Notes under the pieces: model-generated
The model's database searches: none
Told to the model about the DNA's origin: nothing
The model's input: the letters and a program-made list of their open reading frames with translations, nothing else
In this document: positions 40,138-52,899 of the stretch, in pieces
Layout: every line of letters begins with the position of its first letter
How positions within the stretch are numbered: position 1 is the stretch's first letter
Position numbers and translations under genes: made by a program
From: Octopus sinensis
Taxonomy: Eukaryota
DNA: 64,000 nucleotides
Direction: 5' to 3'
NCBI RefSeq assembly: GCF_006345805.1
Contig: NC_042997.1
Coordinates: 20,522,001-20,586,000 of the forward strand

Positions 40138-40463
40138 AAATTAGGAAAAAAAAACACCTTTTATCAATTCAATAATAAAAACTAAAATTATACCATTTAG
40201 AAAAATTACATATTTGAATGGCAGTGCCCCAACATGGCCACAGCTCGTGAGCTGAGACTAGATAAAATTTTTTTTAAATATATAGAAAGATTAAATATAA
40301 GATAAAACATATAACAATGATTAAGAAATGTGCAAAATAATAAATAAAACGTATATATTTAGTAATATAGATATATATCTTTCTATATATATGTAATTTT
40401 TCTAAATGGTATAATTTGATGTTTCATTATTGAATTGATAAAAGGTGTTTTTTTTCTAATTTT
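40138..40463. repeat. Inverted repeat (~75-bp arms) between (TA)n tracts, enclosing a SINE/LINE tail
   Basis: 40138-40213 pairs with 40389-40463. Confidence 0.65.
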
Positions 40464-40973
40464 TATATATATATATATATACACACATGTATATATGGAT
40501 GGACATGTATATATATGTGTGTATAAGTAAATATGCACACATGTATACATAGTGCACCAGACTATTGATAAAACAAATCCCAGAAAAAAGCCCTGATGTA
40601 AAACTAAATAGATCAAAGAAACAAATCATTCAACAAAAGCTTCCTCAGCCCCAATGACTGCCATAAGACAGCTGCAGAAGTGACAGCATTCCAGAATAGT
40701 GTGGTTCCTTCCTACTCCTCCCAACATGCCCACGATATGGGCAATGATTACAGAAAACGATAATAACATGGGTTTGAAATTTTGGTGGAGGAGATAAATC
40801 TATTAAATTAAATCTAGTACTTGACTGGGATTTTATTGATTTCAGAAGTTAATAGGAAAAGTAATCTTGACAGGATTTCAACTCAGAATGTAAAGGACTC
40901 GAACAAATACTTTAAGACAATTTTCCCAACATTCTAGCAATTTTGCTGACTCGCCACCCTTAAACCATTTCTA

Positions 40974-42236
40974 TTAAATCATTAAGAATGAAATGTCTGA
41001 TTTTGAACTGAAAGTTTATTTTACTTTATCTCAACAAAAAGCAATGCAGTTAATCAAAGTATGCACCTAAATTATCAACACAATTTTGCCATTTTACCAG
41101 GTAGCGTATTTATATTGGCACCGAAGAATTCTGATGAAATCACGAAAGGCTGTTTTTGCATCTTCTTCAGATTTGAAGTTTTTTCCTTACAAAAGTTGTC
41201 TAATGCCTGGGAAACATGATAGTCAGTTAGTGCAAGGTCTGGTGAATATGGTGGATGACAGAGTATTTCCAAGTTCAGTTCCTGTAACTTGATTAGCGTT
41301 CTTTGTGCAACATGGGGTCAAGCATTGTCTTGCAAGAGAATTGGTCTGTCTCTGCTGACTCAATTTTTTAATTGCAAGTTCATTCATTTCATCCAATTGG
41401 TTGATGTATACATCTGTTGTAATTGACTTACCAGGTGTCATGAAACTGCAGTGGAGGACACCAACACTAGACCACCAAACAGATATCATTAGCTTGTTTT
41501 GGTGAATATTCTTTTTTGGATTGTGTTTTGGCACACTTCGTCTCTTTTTAACTACTGTTCAGAACACTTGCTTTTGTTGAAAAGAATCCATTTTTCATCA
41601 CACTTAACAATATGATGCAAATATGGTTCACTTTTATGCTGTGACAACAAAGAACATCAAGTTTCAAGACAACATATCATTTGATGCTCATTGAGCTCAT
41701 GTGGTATCCATTTGTCCAGCTTCTTTACCTTACCGATTTGTATCAGATAGTCCAATACAGTTGGAATCAAAATATCAAACCCTGCTGCTAACTCATGCAT
41801 AGTTTGAGATGTATCTACTTCCACTCCAGTTCCAGCTCATCATTATCCATCTTGGTCTCAGATCTACAATGGGGCTGATTTTCAAGAGTAAAGTCACCAG
41901 ACTGGAACTTCTTAAACCATCGATGTAAAGTGTGCTCACTTGCCACATCTTCACCAAATATCTCATTGATGTTTTAAGCTGTCTGGGATGCATTGGTTCC
42001 ACAATAGAACTCATACTCATAAACAAGACGAATTTCTGATCTATCCATGGGTTCACAAAAGTTGATTTACAAGAGAAAGTTCACAATATAATCAGACACC
42101 ATGAATTGCATTTCGAAAAGAGATGATGTAACTCTTGACGTTGTAAAACAAAGAATTGTCAAGATAAAACATTAGAGTTAACGACTGTCGAACTTGGTGC
42201 ATAAGAAAATCAGACATTTCATTCTTAAGGACCTGA
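40974..42236 (-). mobile_element. Full-length decayed mariner transposon
   Basis: ~31-bp TIRs (ttaagaatgaaatgtctgatttt core) and TA TSDs. Transposase remnants WIPHEL, EKWILF, LMISVWW and HPPYSPDLALTDYH. Confidence 0.92.
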
Positions 42237-42520
42237 TAACAATAGCACAAGGCCAAAAGTTTAGGAGGAGTGGTAAGCTGATTATGCTGAACACAGTTCT
42301 AGACTGGTATTTTATTTTATCGACCCTGAGGGGATTGGAAACAAAATTGTTCTCTGGTTTGACAATTCTACCAATCATTATCTAAAAGATAATGATGAAA
42401 GTAAGAAGACTGATTTATCAAAAAATAATATTGATTGATTATTAATGATTTGTGTCAATACAAGATTTAAACAGAGAGTTTTGAAGAATTGTTATTTCCT
42501 ATAAGTACTCACAGTTTTCT

Positions 42521-42773
42521 ACATTATTTACATTATTTACATTTGACAGATATTTGTCCTCATCTTGTTTGTTGTTAACACAACGTTTCAGCTGATATAC
42601 CCTCCAGCCTTCTTCAGGTGTCTTGGGGAAATTTAAAACCTGGGTTCTCATTCCTAAGGTATTTTTCGATGTTATTTTTATTATTGTTGTTGTTGTTGTT
42701 GTTATTGTTCTGTCGAATGTAAATAATATAAATAATGTACATAATTCCATATCTCTTAAATATAGAACTGTTA
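42521..42773. mobile_element. HHR-bearing PLE-derived element with inverted tail piece and 12-bp TSD
   Basis: TSD tcacagttttct at 42509-42520 and 42774-42785. Confidence 0.85.
42578..42621 (-). ncRNA. Minimal hammerhead motif
   Basis: ACAC-CTGAAGA-A-GGCTG-gagggtatat-CAGCT-GAAA-CG-TT^GTGT. Confidence 0.75.
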
Positions 42774-43304
42774 TCACAGTTTTCTGTTCATTACTTTAAT
42801 TTGAAACATTTTGGCATGAAGATGAAGGTCTCAAGAAACTAGTATCAATAATTGTTATTGTTACGTTTGTATTGCAAAAATCGAATGAAACAGGCTAACA
42901 GATTTAGACAAAGAAACACGGAAAAACAAATGGAAGGAAAACTATTGATCATTGTATAAATCGAATTAGTAAAGTATTGAGGGCTAGAAAATGTTAAAGA
43001 AAACAATTAGTGTGATTGAAGGGAGACACTCAATAAGAAATCTGTGACATAGGCAAATGTTTCTGAAAGTGGTTTGTAGTGAAAAAAAAAACCAGAATTT
43101 AGGATTTTGTGAAAAAATTCTGGTGTGTCATGAGATGAAATATCTTTTGATAAATTTCATCATTTTCTAAATAAGTGATATTTTCATCTTCTGCTACAAA
43201 TAAATTCTCTCTAAAAAAATGTTTGCCTCCTTTAGTGTCTTATTGAAATAACGATGATAACTTTCTGGCCAATAATATGCATACATACATAGATACATAG
43301 ATAC

Positions 43305-44577
43305 ATCACTACCTGATCTAGAGAAGAAGTTTCAGGTTTGGAAACAAGGTCTAGAATCAAAGGGCCTTAGAGTTAACCTAGCAAAAACCAAAGTCATAGT
43401 AAATAGAAAGGCAGACAAATCACAAATCCCCTCAGGTAGATGGCCCTGCTCAATCTCTAGAAAAGGTTTAGGTAGAAACTCCATAAGATGTATCCAGTGT
43501 AAGCTTTGGACACATAAAAGGTGCAGCAACTTCAAAGAAGTTTAACAGAGAAACTAACTTTTGCATGTGGAAGGTGCACGTGCATAATAAATGCTGAACT
43601 TGAGCAGAAAACAGACTCCATCAACTGCCAGGGGGAACAAGCTAGAGGTAGTAGATAGCTTCCGGTATCTAGGTGACCAGGTTAATAAAGGAGGTGGATG
43701 TTCCGAGAGTGTAGCTGTGAGAATAAGTTTAGGTTGGGCAAAGTTCAAAGAGCTCCTACCCCTACTGGCAAAAAAGGGCCTCTCTCACAGAGTGAAAGGC
43801 TGATTGTTTGATGCCTGTATGTGAACAGCTAAGTTGCATAGCAGTGAAACATAAGCTACAAAAGCCAAGAACATATGTAGGCTTGAGAGAAATGAAGCAG
43901 TATGCTTCACTGGATGTTCAATGTCAGTGTGCATGTTCAACAGAGTAAGCATCTTGAATGAACAGTTAGGCATAAGTGGAATTGGATGTGGTGTGCAAGA
44001 GAGACAACTGCACTGGTATGGTTATGTGATGCATTTGGACAAGGACAGTTGGGTAAAGAAGTGCTGATCTCTAATTGTGGAGGGAACCTGTGGTAGAAGT
44101 AGACCCAGGAAGACATGGGATGAGATGGTGAAGCAGATCTTCAAACTTTGAGCCTCATAGAAGCAATGACTGGTGACCAAGAGCTTTGGTGATGTACTCT
44201 GCTTAAGAGGATCCATCAAGCCAAATGCACCTGTACAGGTGGTACATAAAAAAATCAACCTTCGAATGTTGGGCCTCACGGAGGCAATGACCAAGACCTT
44301 TGGCATTATGTTGTGCTTGAGAAGAAGACCCATCAAGCCAAGCAAAATCACAGTTGTGGCAGATACTGGTGTCATGCAAAAGGCACCCGTGTCAATGGCA
44401 TGTAAAAGCACCCATTACGTTCTCAGAGTGGTTGGCATTAGGAAGGGCATCCAGCAGTAGAAAACCATGCCAAATCAGACTGGGGCCTGGTGCAGCCTTC
44501 CAGCATGCCAGACTAGTCTAACCATCCAATCCATGCCAGCATGGACAATGGATGTTAAATGATGATGATGATGATGA
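43305..44577 (+). mobile_element. 5'-truncated RTE LINE with PHD-like Cys/His cluster, 3' UTR and (GAT)n tail
   Basis: LEKKFQVWKQGLESKGLRVNLAKTKV, WPCSISRKGLGRNSIRCIQCKLWTHKRC, LEVVDSFRYLGD..GWAKFKELLP and GRSRPRKTWDE. Confidence 0.9.
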
Positions 44578-44654
44578 TACATACATATATACGTATATGG
44601 ATATATTGGAGGCACAGTCATGGATGTATATTTAAGAAGTGTGTGCATATGTAT

Positions 44655-44691
<37 letters not shown>

Positions 44692-47559
44692 TACATCGCA
44701 TCGCATCACATATATGTATATTCTTTAGCACCACTTCTACTTCATATTTGATAAAATGTATACATAGATATGTATGTATAAATGTTCTTTTTTGTTTTTA
44801 AGTATTTAAATTCATCCTTTGATGAAAAGCTATGTCACATTTTAAACTTCAGAAATGTCTTGCAGAACTTTTTTCTTCCACTTACAAATTATATTTGAAA
44901 TGTGCAAGTCAGTTGGTTGATTTCTAATGTATGCATATATGTCATTATTCATTTTGTTTCAATATTTCTTACCAATAGAGAAAGAGCTGGTTTCTAACCT
45001 TGATCCAAGGTTCCTTCACTGGAATAACATCAACAACAGGGTATTTTGTTTGTATCTATGTAGGTATGTATATATGTGCAGATTTGTATGTATGTATGTG
45101 TGTGTGTGTGTATGTATATGCGTGTGCGTGTTTCTGTCTTCACATCATGTATAGGTGAAAATAAGTGTCACAGTCATATGAACAATTTTATTCATTTCCA
45201 GTATTGTGCAAAAATACAATAATTGGTGAGAAAATATCTTACTTGGAAACAAGTAAGAGCTGGCTCCTGGAATCTCATCTGGCAATAGAAAATCTGCCTG
45301 TGTAAACTTTGTTCAACCCCTGAAAGCATGGAAAAAATAGCTGTTGAAATGCTGCTTTTGATGCTACTGCTGCTGCTGTTACTGATGATAATCCCATATT
45401 TTGACAAAATTGTGTAAATTCTGCAAGATAATAATTTGGGAACCACAGACTTAAGTAACACATTTTACATAAATGCTTTTAAATTTACAACAAAGCCCAG
45501 AATAAAAATTTCATTGCTTAGTTTCAGGTCAGATTAGATTGAGCAGATCTATGATCAAAGCCATTCCAACCATAACCATCACGTCTGTTGTTCTCAGGTA
45601 TAATGCACCTAGGACTACACTATCCAAATTGTCCTTTTTTTCTTTATTTTTTTCCTTACCGAGCTGTTAGGATCTACTATGAGGGAGATTTGACTACTTT
45701 TTCTAGTAGGTAAAATAACCACTTAAAGGCTCCCTTGTGACGTAGGAATAAAATTGATGAGTATATTAATGATAATATACATTCCTTAAGATATCTAGTT
45801 TACTTCTAGTACTTGTTATAGTCTATACTTGATTTTAGCAATTATCGTTAGATTTATTGTTCTGTTACCTTATTTAACCTTTGTAATTGTAATCTTATTT
45901 GGAATTCACCTTTCAAGTAGAAATCAGGAAAACGTGAATCTGAATATTTAATGGCATTTCAACAGATTCAAGACTTTGTTTTCTGAATGACAGTTGTAGC
46001 TATAGAAGACATTTTACTAAGGACTTGGAAAATATTATTGAAAATTTATATCTAATTAGAGAAAGAACCTTAGCTTCATAAATGATTGCTAGTAATAATT
46101 CTAAATGGAAATTAATATTTCTATCTTACACGCAGCAAATCCTTCTAGCTATGATTAACAACTTGCCATTTTTGCATGACTAAGAAGCAATAAAATTAAT
46201 ATTGAATCTTACTTTCCTACTTAATTCTGGGATTAATGTTTACATATAAACACTGATTACTTGAGTGACAATCGCATAGTACTGGACCAACATTACCATT
46301 GCATATTGACTTATAAAAGCCTTTCTGCAGCCATATTGACTTTGTGCAATTTTTGCTTTATATCAACATTACTGACGAACAAGAATATTGAGTATTGAAT
46401 TTCGAACAATGAATATTAACATTGATCTTTCAGTAGAGTTCACCAATTCTTGCTATCTCTTATTCAAATATAAAATGTCTTGGCATGAAGTTTAAGAACA
46501 ACTTTTTCTTTGTTTTTGTTTTTCTTTGTTTTCTTTTTTCCATTTTAACATTTTGATACAATGCAAATATTGGGAAATTCTTTATATTGAAAGTCAACAA
46601 GATTAATGAATAAACTTGGTGCTATTGAAAGCTGATATTTTCTTTCTATTGATGCTGATACTGTAGATATTGAACAAATAATGCTGTGTAAAATCATGCT
46701 GTAATTAAACATATTTTTGCTTCAGTTCACAAAACTAACATTTTACCTATGAATCTTCTTATACCTAACTATGTCAACAAAATATATAAATTGAATGCAA
46801 TTAAATCATTGTTGTACTTTCTCAATGAAGCTATGCACTGAAACCATACAAAAAACATCTAGTTACTTCCACAGTAAATGTTCATTGTTCTCTTTGCCTC
46901 AGTCCACATAACTGAAAAGTAAATATTTGATAATCTTTATAATATTAGAAAAAGTGCTTGACTACAAATTATCCCTCAGGAATAAGGAAGTTTCTAGCCA
47001 CTAAAACAATTCTTAAACACAGAAAACAATGACCCAGTGTCCTAATTACTAAGAAAGGTACCCACTATAGATTAAACAATTTTCTATGATATATTTTGTA
47101 CATACAATCAATGTATAAATATAAAGAGTGAATAAGAACTCAGTGTCAGGGTTATAACCTAAGTTTTCTAATTCTGTCACAAGACCAATAATTTTGAGGG
47201 AAATGGCATGTTGGTTATATAAACCTCAGTATCTGATTGGTATTTCATTATATAGACTCAGAAATGATAAAAGTCAAAATTGACCTCAGTGGGATTTTAA
47301 CTCAGTATGTAAAAATCAGGAAAAAGGCCATGAAACAAGATGTCTTTTGCAGTAATGACTCTTCCAGCCCCCCCACCACATATTCTCTAATTAATAGAAT
47401 GATTGACATCCAAAAATTCTTGTCTTAAACTTTCCTAAAATGAATTAACTACAAATTTAATTTTTGAAATCTCTAGGATATTCTTTCATAATCAGGATTC
47501 CATAACATGTTGTTGCTAAGGGTTTGGAGGGAAATTATGATGAAAAATCTAATCATGAC

Positions 47560-48082
47560 TCTCTTTACTCTTTTACTCTTTTACTTGTTTCAGTCATTTG
47601 ACTGTGGCCATGCTGGAGCACCGCCTTTAGTAGAGCAAATCGACCCCAGGACTTATTCTTTGGAAGCCCAGTACTTATTCTATCGGTCTCTTTTGCCAAA
47701 CCGCTAAGTGACGAGGGCGTAAACACACCAGCATCGGTTGTCAAGCAATGCTAGGGGGACAAACACACACAAACACACACACATACATGAATCAGTTTCT
47801 GACTGAAGAATGAAGGCTCTGAATTACTGTCCGTTTTTCCGTGTTTGTCAATTCGTGAATTTCACGTCCTTTATATATAAGTTTTATTATATATATATAT
47901 ATATATATACATATATACAACAGGCATCTTTCAGTTTCCGTCTACCAAATCCACTCACAAGGCATTGGTCGGCCCGGGGCTATAGCAGAAGACACTTGCC
48001 CAAGATGCCATGCAGTGGGACTGAACCCGGAACCATGTGGTTGGTTAGCAAGCTACTTACCACACAGCCACTCCTGCGCCTA
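47560..48082 (-). mobile_element. SINE family A with a ~100-bp insertion in its microsatellite (47790-47885)
   Basis: Family match on both sides of a foreign segment. Confidence 0.85.
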
Positions 48083-48543
48083 AGGTAATATATTTTTGAG
48101 TTATTTTTGTGTTTAATTCTAAATAGTAAATTATATTGTACATGCACAGCATACCCACGAGTGTAAACAAGTTCTTGCATCTGTTAGTAACCATGTGACA
48201 CTATGGGAAAGATATCTTCTTAATAGAGAGTTGTAAAGAAATTTGGTTTAAATAGAATGTTGAGTAATATGGAGCTTCTTAAAACTTCATTTTGACATCT
48301 AATGGATTTAGCACAGCCAAAATTTTTAAAGATGCCTTTATAATTTGTCTAATCACATATGACATCTCATTTCATCAAAGAGAAATATTAATAAACAAGA
48401 TAATTTCTATGTAGGGATACCGTATGAATAAAAAGGTTGGGAAGCTCTACTCTTGAATTAACAAACTATGCTAATGTGGCATGTTGACATAATCAGTCAC
48501 TAACCTGCTTCACATTATTCATAATGTATATCTGTATGTATGT

Positions 48544-48579
<36 letters not shown>

Positions 48580-48675
48580 ACACACACACACACACACAAA
48601 CACACATATATATATATTTATATATATAAATATAAATATATATATACTGTATATATGTGTGTGTATATATATATG

Positions 48676-48955
48676 ATTTATAAGTAAGGGCAAAAGAAAA
48701 AATTTCTAATGCCAAAATAACCCAAAAAAAAGACACATCGTCAATAACCATTGCTGCCTTCTTTGAAACATGTGCTTGTAGTGATAAATTACATGGTTAT
48801 TGACATTGTGTCTTTTTTTTCGGCATATTTTGGCATTAAAATTTTTTCTTTTGCCCTTACTTATAAATTGTTTATAAATTTAACCTTTAAAGGTATTTTT
48901 TAATATACTGGCCATTGATAGAATTTTTTTCGAAAAAATTCTATCCTATATTAGA
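48676..48955. mobile_element. Short fold-back element (arms 48676-48751 and 48793-48868) with hairpin tail, between (TA)n tracts
   Basis: Same layout as 3577-4508. The tail contains a gatagaattt..aaattctatc hairpin. Confidence 0.6.
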
Positions 48956-48962
48956 TATATAT

Positions 48963-49026
<64 letters not shown>

Positions 49027-49499
49027 TTACTTTAAAAACTCTTTACACATTACAATCCATACTTATTTTCATATCAGAGAAAAGTGCATGTACCTCAACT
49101 TGAACCTACAGCTCAGGTAAATGCAGTACAATCGCTGCCTCACTGAGCTAAAAAACAAAACATCAGCAATATACATATCACACATTATTTAAGATATTTA
49201 TCAATCATTTATCTTACAATAAATATTGTGTAAGTACTGTGTATATGATATAATAAATGTTGTGTGCTTAATAAATTATGACTTTGATCATGTTCCATAA
49301 AGTATTGTATATACAGACTATAGAGAAATAAAAGATATATTTATATACACCTATATGTATACATAAATTCCAATACATATATAAATGAATATAGAAATAA
49401 CGATAAATAAATAATGTGTGTGTGTGTGAGCATTTTTGGAAGTTTTCGATAAATGATGTTTCTCAGATATCAATCCAAATATTGCAAAACCTCAAAATA

Positions 49500-50765
49500 C
49501 GAGGTCTGATCAATAATTATCCAGACTATAAAAACAAGACTACAACAAATACCAATTTGCCATTTAATTTCCTTCAAAATAGTGTCCTTCAGAAACCATA
49601 CACTTAATGCGGCAGTTTCTATTGATGGAAGCATTCCTGGAACTCATTTTCTGGGATAATCAGTAGCAGCCTCATCACATTCACTTTGATTTCCTTGATG
49701 TTCTAAGATCTTCTTCCTTTCAAGCAGGATTTGATTTTTGGAAAGAGGAAAAAGTCACAAGGGGCAAGAACTGGAGTAAATGGTGAGACCTGGGGAATGT
49801 TGTGCCTAACCAAAGTCTGCTGCTGAATGGGCAGGTGCATTGTCATGGTGCAATTGCCACTCACGAGACTCATGCAATTGTGACCTTTTCCAATGAATAG
49901 CATCCCACAAAACGTCACAGTAGTACTCCTTGTTTACTGCCTAACCAGGTGGAGCATCCTCATGGTGAACTATCCCCTTGTAGTTGAAGAAAACATTGTT
50001 TCAACTCATTCGTGTTTTCTTCAGTCTCGGAGAGGTTGTGGTCTTCCTCTGTGAAGACTGAGGCTTTGCTTTGGGGTCATAGCCATAGACCAACAATTCA
50101 TCGCCCATTAGGACCGTTTTCAAAAGTTTCCATCATTCGCGACTCAATCAAGGAGATCTTGTGCAACTGAAACCTGAATGCCTTTTTGGTCAGCTGAAAA
50201 CAGTTTTGGCACAAACTTGGCAGACACACGTCTCATACCCAAATCTTCAGTGATAAAAGATTGAACTGAACCGTAACTAATCTGCACATCCTCTGATAAC
50301 CCACGGATGGTTATTCAATGATTTTCCCTCACAGCTGAATGCACATCTGTGATGTTTTTTCAATTCTGTTGGTTGCGGGTCTTCCAGAATTTTTATCACT
50401 ATCAACATTTTTTCAGCCATCTTGGAAACGTCTGAACCACTTGTACACTTGTGTGTGGCTTATACGTTCCTTTCCATATATTTTCTACAACCTTATGTAG
50501 GCCTCTAAGCAGGTATCACCAAGCTTTTGGCAAAATTTGATGCAGATTCTCAACTCAACTTTCTCTGTTATGGTTAATGCAATGATCACATGCTACACAC
50601 GTTCCTTCCAAGCACTATTGTAAACAGCAAAAATTAGTTAGAACGTTGAAACTTAGTGCCCATGCACAGCAGAGTTCAAGGTCAATCTGTATCAAACGGC
50701 TCTACTTTGTATGCTTTAGCTTCATTATTATGGCAACAGTCCAGATACTTATTGATCAGATCACG
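49500..50765 (-). mobile_element. Full-length decayed mariner transposon (second subfamily)
   Basis: 28-bp TIRs cgaggtctgatcaataattatccagact and its near reverse complement, TA TSDs. Remnants WQLHHDNAPAH and LAPCDFFLFPKIKSCLKGRR. Confidence 0.92.
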
Positions 50766-50799
50766 TATGCAAGGTTATGTTCTCATTTGTATTCCCGGG

Positions 50800-50990
50800 T
50801 CTTCTCACGCACAGCATATTTCCAAAAGTCTCAGTCACTAGTCATTGCCTTGGTGAGGCCTAATGTTCAAAGGTCGTGCTTCACTACTTCATCCCAGGTC
50901 TTCCTGGGTCTACCTCTTCCTCAGGTTCCCTCAACTGCTAGGGTGTGGTACTTTTTCACACAGCTATCCTCATCCATTCTCGCCACATGA
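50800..50990 (-). mobile_element. RTE ORF-end fragment
   Basis: VEGT*GRGRPRKTWDEVVKHDL. Confidence 0.75.
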
Positions 50991-51018
50991 CCATATATAT
51001 ATATATATTTATATATAT

Positions 51019-51079
<61 letters not shown>

Positions 51080-51526
51080 CGTTTCATTTATATTTTTTGC
51101 AATATACCTTTAAATTTATGCTTGTATCCTATGTTAATCTATTCCTTTTCTAGCAAGTATGACACAATAATGAATATAAACAAGAGGTTTCTTAAATAAT
51201 GTATGGGTAAGCAAAGTTAAGGAAATACTGTAAAAAAAAAGCAGCATTGTTAAAGGGAAGAGTGACAATTGCTTGTATTAAACCTGTCTTTGCAAAACAA
51301 GAGAAACCCACAATCATGTAACTCTTGGAAACAATTTGTTGAGTCAAAAGTTTTGCAACACTTTGGTGACTTGTTTGTCTTGTTTGTCATGTTACAACAA
51401 CAGCAGCCTGGCATTCAAAGTAGAGCCCATCATGTTGTATTGTCTGAAGTCACCTTTCTTCCAGTTCTTTAATACCACACCAATATCAGTTCTTGACCTT
51501 TGAGACGAAGAACCTCTTCACTGAAG

Positions 51527-52628
51527 TACAGTTCTATATTTAAGAGATGAGGAATTATGTACATTATTTACATTATTTACATTCTTTTATTTGTTTCAGT
51601 CATTTGACTGTGGCCATGCTGAAGCACTGCCTTTAGTTGAGCAAATCAACGCCAGGACTTATTCTTTGTAAGTTTAGCACTTATTCTATCCGTCTCTCTT
51701 GCAGAACTGCTAAGTGAAAGGGACGTAAACACACCACCATCAGTTGTCAAGTGATGTTGCGGGGACAACACAGACACACAAACATATACATATACACACA
51801 CACACATATATATATGACAGACTTCTTTCAGTTTCCATCTACCAAATCCACTCACAAGGCTTTGATCAGCCTGAGGCTACAGTAGAAGACACTTGCCCAA
51901 GGTGCCATGCAATGGGACTGAACCCGGAACCATGTGGTTGGTAAGCAAGCTACTTACCACACAGCCACTTCATTATTTACATTCGACAGATATTCGCCCT
52001 CATCTTGTTTGTCGTTAACACACTGTTTCGGCAGATATACCCTCCAGCCTTTGTGTCTTGTTAGGAAGGGCATCCAGCTGTAGAAACACAGCTAGATCAG
52101 ACTGGAGCCTGGTGCAGCCTCCTAGCTTCCCAGATCCCAGTCTTGGGGAAATTTCGAACCTGGATGCTCCTTCCTAAGGTATATTTCAATGTTGTTATTA
52201 TTATTATTATTATTGTTATTATTATTATTATTATTATTATCATTATTATTCAGGTCACTGCCTGAAATCGAACTCTGATTCTTGTGGTTAGTAGCCCGTG
52301 CTCTTAACCACTATGCTATATGCCCAGGCATATGGCATAGTGACCTGAATAATAATAATGATAATAATAATAATAATAATAATAATATAATAATAATAAT
52401 AATAATAATAATGATAATAATAATAATAATAATAATAAGAAGAAGAAGAAGAAGAAGAAGAATAACAATAATAACAACAACAACAACATTGAAAAATACC
52501 TTAGGAATGAAAACCCAGGTTCGAAAATTTCCCAAGACACCTGATGAAGGCTGAAAACATGTTAACAACAAACAAAATGAGGACAAATATCCATCAAATG
52601 TAAATAATGTAAATAAAGTAAATAAGTG
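51527..52628. mobile_element. Palindromic tRNA-headed, HHR-pLTR-bearing element with 13-bp TSD and nested insertions
   Basis: TSD ctcttcactgaag at 51514-51526 and 52629-52641. The arms diverge from ~52326, and the tRNA-like head lies at 52258-52326 on minus. Confidence 0.8.
51585..51970 (-). mobile_element. SINE family A nested in the above, 14-bp TSD
   Basis: TSD cattatttacattc at 51571-51584 and 51971-51984. Confidence 0.9.
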
Positions 52629-52899
52629 CTCTTCACTGAAGCTTTCACCTCCTCTTGCTTGATGAAGCATTACAAGTACGGGAAATGAGCCATGGATCAG
52701 AACAAGAACAATTCAGGAGAGCAAGGTCCTGACTATTTGCTGGTTGTGGCTGGCATCAGTTTGATTCCCCTAAGTTCCTGGAGTTTATTCCGGGTTGTGT
52801 GAGCTCTATGTCTCGCATTGTCTTGTTGTAGAAGGGTTCACTTTCTGTTAACTAATGCTGGGGTGACCTGACAAATGAAGTGAGTTCATGGCTTGCAGG

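Noticed and set aside
45900-46700. Non-repetitive block that might continue the 54290-55094 fossil
   Set aside because: No recognisable motifs in the frames I read.
49090-49150. tRNA-Cys-like sequence on minus (TAGCTCAGTGAGG..GCA..GGTTCAAGT)
   Set aside because: No acceptor stem and poor arms; at most a decayed SINE head or pseudogene.
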